A stretch of 34,041 bases of DNA from a virus. The stretch's first letter is position 1, and every line of letters begins with the position of its first letter. The stretch covers positions 1 to 34,041 of the IMG/VR virus record IMGVR_UViG_3300045391_001644; one strand, written 5' to 3'. This document shows, in pieces, positions 1 to 5,989 of the stretch. The notes below the pieces were generated by a model. That model made no database searches. It worked only from the letters and a program-made list of their open reading frames with translations, and had not been told where the DNA came from. Made by a program: the position numbers and the translations under genes.

Positions 1-40
1 ATTTACAGTCTGCTGCCATTAACCACTCGGCCACCCTTCC
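1..40 (-). tRNA. 5' half of tRNA-Tyr(GUA), from acceptor arm through anticodon loop; the 3' half would lie left of the window
   Basis: The reverse complement reads GGAAGGG TG GCC GAGTGGTTAAT GGC A GCAGA CTGTAAA T. That is a 7-nt acceptor arm, a 3-bp D stem with a long D loop (class II layout), an anticodon stem, and a loop CTGTAAA with anticodon GTA. It parallels E. coli tRNA-Tyr position by position. Confidence 0.7.
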
Positions 41-69
41 ATTCCACGGCAAGCCTTTATAATGATTGA
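1..69. repeat. att direct repeat, left copy
   Basis: Identical to 33973-34041 over all 69 nt. The repeat may extend beyond the window edges, which cannot be seen. Confidence 0.9.
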
Positions 70-106
70 GAGAAAATAGGTTTTTCTATTCCCTGTCAAC
101 CCTGCC

Positions 107-139
107 CGTTAGAGTTAATAATACTGTAACGTTAGAGTT
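107..139 (+). repeat. Two direct copies of CGTTAGAGTT (107-116, 130-139) next to the left att copy; candidate arm-type protein-binding sites
   Basis: Exact 10-mer present twice, 23 bp apart and about 40 bp from the core repeat. An inverted 9/10 copy lies at 33922-33931. Confidence 0.5.
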
Positions 140-193
140 TTTCGCCTTTTGAGCAAGGGGCAAATACCATGTTCCGGCACATAAAGCCAGCAT

Positions 194-841
194 CTATTCG
201 GTTTTTCCCTCTTTGAGGGCGCGGATTTTTGTCTTTCTAACGTGCTTCAATTTCGCCAGGGTCAGCACGGCCGGCCGGACTTCCGGTTCTGCATCGTCAT
301 AGCCCGGCTCCCATCGTCCATTTATCAGCGGCAGCGCGCCGCGCGGAATAAGCTCCCAGTTCGACGGGTCGCAATTCGTGCGATCGCCATCGAGGCATTT
401 CAGGCACATTCCCTCTGGAACTGGACCATTCTTTTTTTGCCATAAGTATTTATGCTTGAGTACGTAGCGTCGCTCGAAGCCGGTATGCGGATTGGTTTCG
501 TTGATGCTGATGTAAATATAACCGTCCTCATGCTGATACTCATGGCCGGCATATTTCGTGTTGTGCGGCCGCTGGCCCTTTTTGAATTGCGTCCTCGCGC
601 TGTTCGCGTTGTAGGGCATCTTCTTGCCCTTGTTCTGCGGGACGCTGCCTTTCGCGTAATGCCCGGTGCGGCCGGTCAACCAGCCGTTACGCTTGCACAG
701 GGCGTTGAAATTGTCGATCGACACATTGGCCCTGGCAAATTCCCTGCAGAATTTTTCATGTGCCTCCCGCCTGTCGTCCGTGCAGTGAGCCTTAATCCAG
801 GCCAGTTCTGCGGCCGTGTATGTGATAGGCCGGCGTTTCAT
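194..841 (-). CDS. HNH homing-endonuclease-like protein
   Basis: 215-aa ORF. The C-terminal half (GYIYISI..RYVLKHKYLWQKKNGPVPEGMCLKCLDGDRTNCDPSNWELIP) has the His/Asn/Cys pattern of phage HNH_3-type nucleases. Its start overlaps the upstream stop (ATGA). Confidence 0.75.
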   Translation of the reverse strand: MKRRPITYTAAELAWIKAHCTDDRREAHEKFCREFARANVSIDNFNALCKRNGWLTGRTGHYAKGSVPQNKGKKMPYNANSARTQFKKGQRPHNTKYAGHEYQHEDGYIYISINETNPHTGFERRYVLKHKYLWQKKNGPVPEGMCLKCLDGDRTNCDPSNWELIPRGALPLINGRWEPGYDDAEPEVRPAVLTLAKLKHVRKTKIRALKEGKTE

Positions 842-1170
842 TTTTTCTTCGCCTCGCCGGTGGGGCGGTTAAGTTTCCGAAGATCGCGCGCCTCAACGAT
901 TTCCTTGACGACGTCCGGCATCGGTTCTGCGGCCGTGGCTTTGCCCTCGATCATCGGCAGCATTTTTTCGTAGTTGCCGCCATATTCCGCTACAAGTGCC
1001 GCGCCCTTGAGGGCGAGATTGGCATTCTCGATGATCTGTTCGCCCACGGCGACGATCGCATTTGTGCGCCTGATCTCCTTCTCGATATCCTCGACTTTTA
1101 AATCTTCATCACCGAGCCTTTCCAGCTGCGCGAACAGGTGATTATTCAGATCGATCAGTTTATTTTTCAT
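838..1170 (-). CDS. Hypothetical phage protein (coiled-coil-like, acidic)
   Basis: 110-aa ORF with a GAGGA-type RBS upstream, translationally coupled to the HNH gene. Confidence 0.6.
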   Translation of the reverse strand: MKNKLIDLNNHLFAQLERLGDEDLKVEDIEKEIRRTNAIVAVGEQIIENANLALKGAALVAEYGGNYEKMLPMIEGKATAAEPMPDVVKEIVEARDLRKLNRPTGEAKKK

Positions 1171-1191
1171 GTGCTGTCCTCTGCAGGTTCA

Positions 1192-1231
1192 CTCGATCGC
1201 CGGCGTCGGCCGGCGATCTGGCGAAACCGCT
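1192..1231 (-). repeat. Conserved 40-nt intergenic element with a 10-bp GC hairpin (copy 1)
   Basis: Stem GATCGCCGGC (1195-1204) pairs with GCCGGCGATC (1209-1218). 35/40 identical to 1696-1735. It begins right after the stop codon of the upstream minus-strand gene. Confidence 0.6.
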
Positions 1232-1547
1232 AAGCGGCTTGCTGTTTCTGCTGCTCAAGGTGCAACGCTTCGCGCAGCAGATATCCTTCGAGGGGCCAGA
1301 TTTGTTTGAACGCATCGTCATAAGCGATCTTCTCGCCAAGCTCTTGATTGAAATTATCAGGATGTGCGCATGCGGATTTTCCGACAACGGTGAAACCGTT
1401 TTCCAAGGTCAGAACGCAGATCGTCAATGTGCTGCCGGCATGGATAGAAAATTCCTTGTTTTTAATTCGGCTTTCAATTTGCGCGACGGTTACGCTACGC
1501 TCAGGCCTTGCATTTAAAAGGCTGTCTCTTTGTTCATTGGTAAGCAT
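1230..1547 (-). CDS. Gp49 / Sf6 gp66-like phage protein
   Basis: The internal Met at 1547 has an AGGAAA RBS. The sequence GSTLTICVLTLENGFTVVGKSACAHPDNFNQELGEKIAYDDAFKQIWPLEGYLL fits the N4 gp49/Sf6 gp66 family pattern as I recall it. Confidence 0.6.
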   Translation of the reverse strand: MLTNEQRDSLLNARPERSVTVAQIESRIKNKEFSIHAGSTLTICVLTLENGFTVVGKSACAHPDNFNQELGEKIAYDDAFKQIWPLEGYLLREALHLEQQKQQAA

Positions 1548-1695
1548 TTTAATTTCCTTTCGGGTTGTTGAATGTGAAGTTACGCAGTTCGAGGCGGCCG
1601 GCCGTGTCGTCTGGACGACGGGCTTGCCACTGAGCCGTGAAGTCTTAAAACTCACCGCCCTATCTTCGATGCCCTAAGTCTGCCGGGCCGCCTCG

Positions 1696-1735
1696 CTCGA
1701 TCGCCGGCTGCTGCCGGCGATCTGGTGAAACGGCT
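1696..1735 (-). repeat. Conserved 40-nt intergenic element with a 10-bp GC hairpin (copy 2)
   Basis: Stem 1699-1708 pairs with 1713-1722. Same flanks (CTC..TGG[T/C]GAAAC[G/C]GCT) as copy 1, again directly downstream of a minus-strand stop codon. Confidence 0.6.
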
Positions 1736-1739
1736 GGAA

Positions 1740-1958
1740 TTATTTTTTCTTTTTTGCTGCCTTCTCTTTTGCCGGCCGCGGCGAATGGCCGGCGTCATAG
1801 CCAACATCGGTAATGACAAGCGGCTCAGATTTTTCATTGATGCCGAACGGCTTTTCCGTCCCCGGTTCGACGATCAGATCAGGCTGGCCTTTTTGCTTGA
1901 CCATGAGCGAGTCGCCGCCCTTGGGATTTTTGTTTTTAATTACAACTTCAACAGTCAT
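1740..1958 (-). CDS. Hypothetical small protein with a Lys-rich tail
   Basis: 72-aa ORF with an AGGAG RBS 7 nt upstream of the ATG. Confidence 0.55.
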   Translation of the reverse strand: MTVEVVIKNKNPKGGDSLMVKQKGQPDLIVEPGTEKPFGINEKSEPLVITDVGYDAGHSPRPAKEKAAKKKK

Positions 1959-1995
1959 TGGCAGTCTCCTTTTTGGGTTGGTTACGCAGTAAAAA

Positions 1996-2400
1996 TTATG
2001 CTTTCAGTTTTGCACTGTCGGGGCCGACAAGAATTGATGGCGGCAGAGGAATTTCGCTAAGGACAGGGCGCCATAAATGAAGGCAATGAGGATGGCAATT
2101 CACGTAGTCTTTCTTTGGAGGATGAAGCTGCATAACTGCTTCGTCGTCGCCCCAAAATATTTCTTTTACAAATTGCATTTCCTGCCAGTTGGGAGTTCTG
2201 TTTCTTAGGCTGATGCTGACATGCTCCCATTGCATGTTCTCCCCATCTTCAGGATGAGGCGCTGATACAATCACGCGGAGCATCCCGCCGCATGGGCCGG
2301 GAATTTGAAAATAACCGAAGTCATCGCCGTAGCATGTCAGTCCACAATAGGGATGTTGAATTCTATAAGGTTCGGCTCTAAGCCACGGCGTTGGTCTCAT
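1996..2400 (-). CDS. Conserved hypothetical phage protein
   Basis: 134-aa ORF. The motif WEHVSISLRNRTPNWQEMQFVKEIFWGDDEAVMQLHPPKKDYVNCHPHCLHLW looks like a recurrent prophage family of unknown function. Confidence 0.6.
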   Translation of the reverse strand: MRPTPWLRAEPYRIQHPYCGLTCYGDDFGYFQIPGPCGGMLRVIVSAPHPEDGENMQWEHVSISLRNRTPNWQEMQFVKEIFWGDDEAVMQLHPPKKDYVNCHPHCLHLWRPVLSEIPLPPSILVGPDSAKLKA

Positions 2401-2677
2401 GGCTTTTTCTCACTTTAGCGATTGCTTTTAAAACATCGGTCTCCACCAGGGGCGCGAAACGCTTGAAGGTGCGGCCTTCGCCCAGGATCACCTGGTCGAA
2501 CACGCCTTCACTGTCCCGGTAAATCACGGCGTCGATGCGTTCAAGGGGATCGATCTCGTCCCAAATTCTTTGCAGGACGTTCTCGATGTCGTTGGTTACG
2601 CTCTTATTGCCGAGGTTCAGGTCGTAAATGACCAGCACCCGCGCGGCAATCTCGAAATCAAAATCTGCTTTGAACAT
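2378..2677 (-). CDS. Hypothetical protein downstream of int
   Basis: Start chosen at the Met (MFKADFDFEI..) 1 nt after the integrase stop. The 30-codon N-terminal extension in the ORF track overlaps int and is Arg-rich. Confidence 0.55.
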   Translation of the reverse strand: MFKADFDFEIAARVLVIYDLNLGNKSVTNDIENVLQRIWDEIDPLERIDAVIYRDSEGVFDQVILGEGRTFKRFAPLVETDVLKAIAKVRKSHETNAVA

Positions 2678-2678
2678 C

Positions 2679-3821
2679 TTACACCTTCTCCGCTTCCGCG
2701 CGTTTCGTGAATGCGTTACGCGCCATCTTCGCGGTGCGGATGAGGTAACGATCGATAATGCTTTCAACGGTCTTGAGCGAATGTCCGGTGATCGAAGCGA
2801 TCTCCGGCGTCGTGCAGCCGGCCTCGGCCAGCCTGGTCACGGCCGTGTGGCGCAGGTCTTTGAAAATCAGCCCTTTCAATTCGGGATGCTTTTTCTCGGC
2901 GGCCTTACGGAGCGCCGCCAGTGTGCGCGTGAAATAACTGTCGCTGTATGGTTTGCCCTCAACGACATGACCCGCAGCTGCATGCGCTTCCTGCTGGATG
3001 AGAACAACACCCAGTTTTTTGCGCGCGTTGTTCTGCCTGATCTGCTCCTCGATGCGCGCCTGAATATGCGCAGGGAGGATTTTCAGATCAAGCTCGACCT
3101 CGGCGCCGGTTTTGGATTGTTTGATCTTTAAAACGCCGCCGACAATATCGGCCATCTTGATCGAGCAGATATCGCCCTTACGCTGGCCGAGCCATTCATT
3201 GAGCATGATGGCGGTGCCGATCGAGAAATACCCCTCCTCGTCTGCGGCCGCGACCATGATGCGCACAGCCTCCGGCGTCCACAGTATTCCCTTCGGCGCC
3301 GTGTATTCCAGGTTGATGGCGCTGGCAGGGTTCGAGCCTTTAGCAATGACACCTTCCCGTTCAGCATGGTTGAAGACAATGCGCAAGACCTGTATGACGT
3401 AAACAGAAGTCCGCTTGCTTTTCACCCGCAATTCTTCATAAAGATTTTCGACCATCTTGGTCGTGATGATCGCGGCCGGCATGTCTCCCGCCCAGGCGCT
3501 GATGGTCTTGAGGGCGCGGTCGTAATCACGCACCGTGCGCGGCGATAACTTTTCGTAGAAGCGGGATTTTTTATAGCTCTCGATCACGGCATCGATGCTG
3601 CCGGCGAGATTGGTCGAAGGGTCCTTGCGAATGCCGGCGCGCCATTCATCGACCTGGCTGTTGATGATCTCCGCCTGGCTCAGCGCCTCGTTGCGTTCAG
3701 GTGGCAGTCTGGTCAGCTTCCAGCCTTTGCCTTTTAGATTTTTATCGGGCTGCCAGAAATAACGTTCGCTGCCATCTTTGCGCTTGCGCACGGTGAAGTA
3801 TCGTACAGAGATTTTTGCCAT
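2679..3821 (-). CDS. int: Tyrosine recombinase / phage integrase
   Basis: 380 aa. The N-terminal part resembles an arm-binding/SAM-like domain. The C-terminal catalytic signature is present: GQRKGD.., FKDLRHTAVTRLAEAGCTTPEIASITGHS, ..IIDRYL (R..HxxR..Y). Confidence 0.9.
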   Translation of the reverse strand: MAKISVRYFTVRKRKDGSERYFWQPDKNLKGKGWKLTRLPPERNEALSQAEIINSQVDEWRAGIRKDPSTNLAGSIDAVIESYKKSRFYEKLSPRTVRDYDRALKTISAWAGDMPAAIITTKMVENLYEELRVKSKRTSVYVIQVLRIVFNHAEREGVIAKGSNPASAINLEYTAPKGILWTPEAVRIMVAAADEEGYFSIGTAIMLNEWLGQRKGDICSIKMADIVGGVLKIKQSKTGAEVELDLKILPAHIQARIEEQIRQNNARKKLGVVLIQQEAHAAAGHVVEGKPYSDSYFTRTLAALRKAAEKKHPELKGLIFKDLRHTAVTRLAEAGCTTPEIASITGHSLKTVESIIDRYLIRTAKMARNAFTKRAEAEKV

Positions 3822-3849
3822 GATGAGGGTTCCGCGTTTTTGTTGAAAG

Positions 3850-4137
3850 CTAATCGATGCCGAGAATTTTCTGCTGGCGCAAGGCCGAGCTGCAATGATA
3901 GGCGATCACATCCATGTAGGCCCAAAGCATCGGGTCCGAATTTTTATGTTCAGCGGCCGCGCGGCTCAGCTCGTCCTGCAGCTCGTGCGAAACGCCATTC
4001 GAGCGCAGCTTCTCCGCCAGCTGCAGGGATTTTTCAGCAGCTGCAGCTGAGCGCGGATCGGTATTTCTTTTTGCGCGTTCCGCCATCAGATCATTCAGCT
4101 GGTTAATGCGATCGTGGATGTTTGTTGTCAATCTCAT
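3850..4137 (-). CDS. Hypothetical protein
   Basis: 95-aa ORF with an ATGA overlap with the upstream gene. Confidence 0.55.
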   Translation of the reverse strand: MRLTTNIHDRINQLNDLMAERAKRNTDPRSAAAAEKSLQLAEKLRSNGVSHELQDELSRAAAEHKNSDPMLWAYMDVIAYHCSSALRQQKILGID

Positions 4138-4430
4138 GGGCGTAAAGCCTCCGCCCGGCGCTGCAGCTTCTCTGCAACGTTGTCAGCGTTCAGCGTGAGA
4201 GTGAACTTTCCCTGCTCCATATCTCGCGCGCGCAGTCCTGGGGGTATGCGGCTGTCGAGCCAGAGATCGATCGCGCGGTTGTCCCACCGTTCACTGCCGA
4301 ACTGATCTGCGCCAAGCGTGGGTTTCGGCATACCTGCAGCTTCTAGGTCGGCGCGTTTGCGATCGAACGTTGAGCGCGAGAAACCGAGTTTTTCAGAAAC
4401 TTCGAGAATATTAAGCAGCCGGCGGCGCAT
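4134..4430 (-). CDS. AlpA/MerR-type HTH protein, excisionase-like
   Basis: The N-terminus LLNILEVSEKLGFSRSTFDRKR is a typical short phage HTH. It lies upstream of int in the same operon and has a GGGAGA RBS. Confidence 0.6.
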   Translation of the reverse strand: MRRRLLNILEVSEKLGFSRSTFDRKRADLEAAGMPKPTLGADQFGSERWDNRAIDLWLDSRIPPGLRARDMEQGKFTLTLNADNVAEKLQRRAEALRP

Positions 4431-4517
4431 CGTTGTCTCCCTGGTTTGAATTTGCGGCGAGATAATAAAAGGGGATTGTTGAAATCATCGTGCATGCGCA
4501 CGGTGAACAATGTTCGG

Positions 4518-4548
4518 GCAGCGCCGCGACATATCGCCGCGGCGCTGC
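4518..4548. other. 11-bp perfect GC-rich hairpin
   Basis: GCAGCGCCGCG (4518-4528) pairs with CGCGGCGCTGC (4538-4548) around a 9-nt loop. It lies between the XRE gene and the excisionase-like gene. No U-tract on either strand. Confidence 0.5.
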
Positions 4549-4583
4549 GGCCTTCATAACGTCATATGCAGAATGAACGTGGC

Positions 4584-4994
4584 TCATGCTGCCGCCTTTA
4601 ATTCGTCGGCATCATCAACGATCACGAAACTGCGCAGCAATTTTTTAAACGCTTTGCGCTTTTGTTCCGGCAGCGCGTTATACAGCGCGACCATCTGGAG
4701 ACTGTCGGGGCTGAACGTGGCATCATCGACCTGCGCCAGCACTTTCCCTTGCATGTACTCCTGATAAAACCATGTCACCGGCACATCCAGAATTTGCGCA
4801 AACTGATAGAGCCGCCCGGCGCTGATGCGGTTCATGCCGCGTTCGTATTTCTGGATTTGCTGGAAGGTCAGGCCGATGCTCTCCGCCAGTTTTTCCTGGC
4901 TGAGACCGAGCAGCGACCGGCGGATGCGAAGGCGAAGCCCGACATGGATATCGACGGGGTCCGGCTTTCCTTTTGTCTTGCGAAGCCCGGTCAT
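4584..4994 (-). CDS. XRE-family HTH transcriptional regulator
   Basis: HTH_3 signature: LRIRRSLLGLSQEKLAESIGLTFQQIQKYERGMNRISAGRLYQFAQIL. The ATG at 4994 has a GGAG 6 nt upstream; the TTG at 5030 in the ORF track is an alternative start. Confidence 0.8.
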   Translation of the reverse strand: MTGLRKTKGKPDPVDIHVGLRLRIRRSLLGLSQEKLAESIGLTFQQIQKYERGMNRISAGRLYQFAQILDVPVTWFYQEYMQGKVLAQVDDATFSPDSLQMVALYNALPEQKRKAFKKLLRSFVIVDDADELKAAA

Positions 4995-5092
4995 GCGCGG
5001 CTCCAGTAAGCAGCGCAGGACTTGCGGCAACGGGCCAAATGGCGGCGGTGCGCGCGGTGTCTGCAGTAGAATTCAAAGATGTATTTGAACAT
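4991..5092 (-). CDS. Candidate 33-codon leader ORF coupled to the XRE regulator
   Basis: GGAGG, then a 6-nt spacer, then the ATG at 5092. It encodes MFKYIFEFYCRHRAHRRHLARCRKSCAAYWSRA, and its TGA overlaps the regulator ATG (ATGA). Too short for the ORF track. Confidence 0.3.
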   Translation of the reverse strand: MFKYIFEFYCRHRAHRRHLARCRKSCAAYWSRA

Positions 5093-5122
5093 GAAGTACC
5101 TCCAATGGTTAGGAGGACATTA

Positions 5123-5160
5123 CAATAAATTATTGCCAGTCTGTCAACAAATTATTGTCA
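5123..5160. promoter_or_regulatory. Two operator-like 16-mers (5123-5138 CAATAAATTATTGCCA; 5145-5160 CAACAAATTATTGTCA)
   Basis: 14/16 identical to each other and spaced 22 bp apart. The second is 15/16 identical to the site at 6393-6408. They lie in the divergent region between the XRE/leader operon and the gene at 5221. Confidence 0.6.
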
Positions 5161-5220
5161 GTGAAAATTAATTGATGTATTCAGGAGGAGGCAAATCGCC
5201 AAATTTTCAACAAAAAGGAT

Positions 5221-5496
5221 ATGACCATGCCTAAGAAAAAGACCACAAAACCCGCTAAGGCTAAGACAGCCGCACGCTCACCGAGAAAAGCAAAAACGAA
5301 TGCCGATGAAGTCAAGGCGACAGCGCCGGCGGCATCCGCCACGGCTCCCGCTGTGAATGAAACGCCGCCGACGAAACCGCAAGGCCGCAGCAAAAAACGC
5401 GACCCTCGCACTGCGCCGAATTATGAAACGTCCGAAGCTGCGCGCCTTCGCCAGATCGAGGAAGGCAGAAATAAAAAACCCCAGGCATCGGCCTAG
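5221..5496 (+). CDS. Lys/Ala/Pro-rich basic low-complexity protein (histone H1-like composition)
   Basis: 91-aa ORF: MTMPKKKTTKPAKAKTAARSPRKAKT.. An AAGGA lies upstream and a hairpin terminator overlaps its stop codon. Confidence 0.5.
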   Translation: MTMPKKKTTKPAKAKTAARSPRKAKTNADEVKATAPAASATAPAVNETPPTKPQGRSKKRDPRTAPNYETSEAARLRQIEEGRNKKPQASA

Positions 5497-5504
5497 GGTT
5501 TTCA
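5477..5504. terminator. Bidirectional intrinsic terminator between convergent genes
   Basis: AACCCCAGGC-ATCG-GCCTAGGGTT forms 9 of 10 pairs. It is preceded by AAAAAA and followed by TTTTC. Confidence 0.6.
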
Positions 5505-5526
5505 ACTCAGTATCAAGCGGCCGGGA

Positions 5527-5769
5527 TTATTTTCCGGCCGTTTTCTTTTGTGCCGGCGAATCGTCCACCCTGACAAAGCCAGCCTTTTCATAGCCGGCCA
5601 CGCAGTTGTCGAGCTGGCCCTGGTAAGCCCACGGCTCATATCCGCGGTAATATTCTCCAGGCTCACATTTTACCGTTTCGCCTGTTTTGGGATTTTGCAT
5701 GATGGCGATCGGGAATGTCCCGCATGCGGTCAGCGTTAAAACTGCAGAGAAAAAAATCAGCTTTTTCAT
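5527..5769 (-). CDS. Small secreted lipoprotein (moron; possible superinfection-exclusion factor)
   Basis: MKKLIFFSAVLTLTAC has a signal peptide plus the lipobox LTAC. GGAG RBS upstream. Start taken at the second in-frame Met of the 89-aa ORF. Confidence 0.7.
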   Translation of the reverse strand: MKKLIFFSAVLTLTACGTFPIAIMQNPKTGETVKCEPGEYYRGYEPWAYQGQLDNCVAGYEKAGFVRVDDSPAQKKTAGK

Positions 5770-5792
5770 TGTAGCTCCGTTTTTATGAAGCA

Positions 5793-5897
5793 TCATTTAT
5801 GCGCCCGGTCGCGGACAAGATCAAGAACCTTGTCCTGCTCCAGAGCATGCAATAGCCGGAACAGCGCCAGCAGGCGCTTTTCCTTTTCCGTCAACAT
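5793..5897 (-). CDS. Candidate 34-codon ORF resembling the C-terminal tail of the adjacent CI-like repressor
   Basis: Encodes MLTEKEKRLLALFRLLHALEQDKVLDLVRDRAHK. A GGGGA lies upstream. It aligns with QEKELLELFRNLQDKDQDRLIGYIEG of the 5990-6331 product (10 identities in 25, plus conservative changes). Confidence 0.35.
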   Translation of the reverse strand: MLTEKEKRLLALFRLLHALEQDKVLDLVRDRAHK

Positions 5898-5989
5898 AAA
5901 ATCCCCACGTAGTCTTTTTTTTCTAAGGGGGGTTGTATTACATAATGGTATAAATTATTCAATAAAAATAATTAAGCCATTGATATTGC

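Noticed and set aside
452-973. 173-aa (+) ORF antisense to the HNH gene
   Set aside because: The HNH motif-bearing frame on the minus strand is clearly the real one. The plus-strand ORF has no recognisable features.
4518-4548. Intrinsic terminator for the XRE regulator gene
   Set aside because: There is a strong 11-bp GC stem but no U-tract on either strand. It is kept only as a hairpin of unknown role.
5091-5171. 26-codon (+) ORF (MKYLQWLGGHYNKLLPVCQQIIVSEN) in the leftward promoter region
   Set aside because: There is no Shine-Dalgarno upstream, and it reads straight through the two operator copies. The apparent AGGAGG on this strand lies inside the ORF, not before it.
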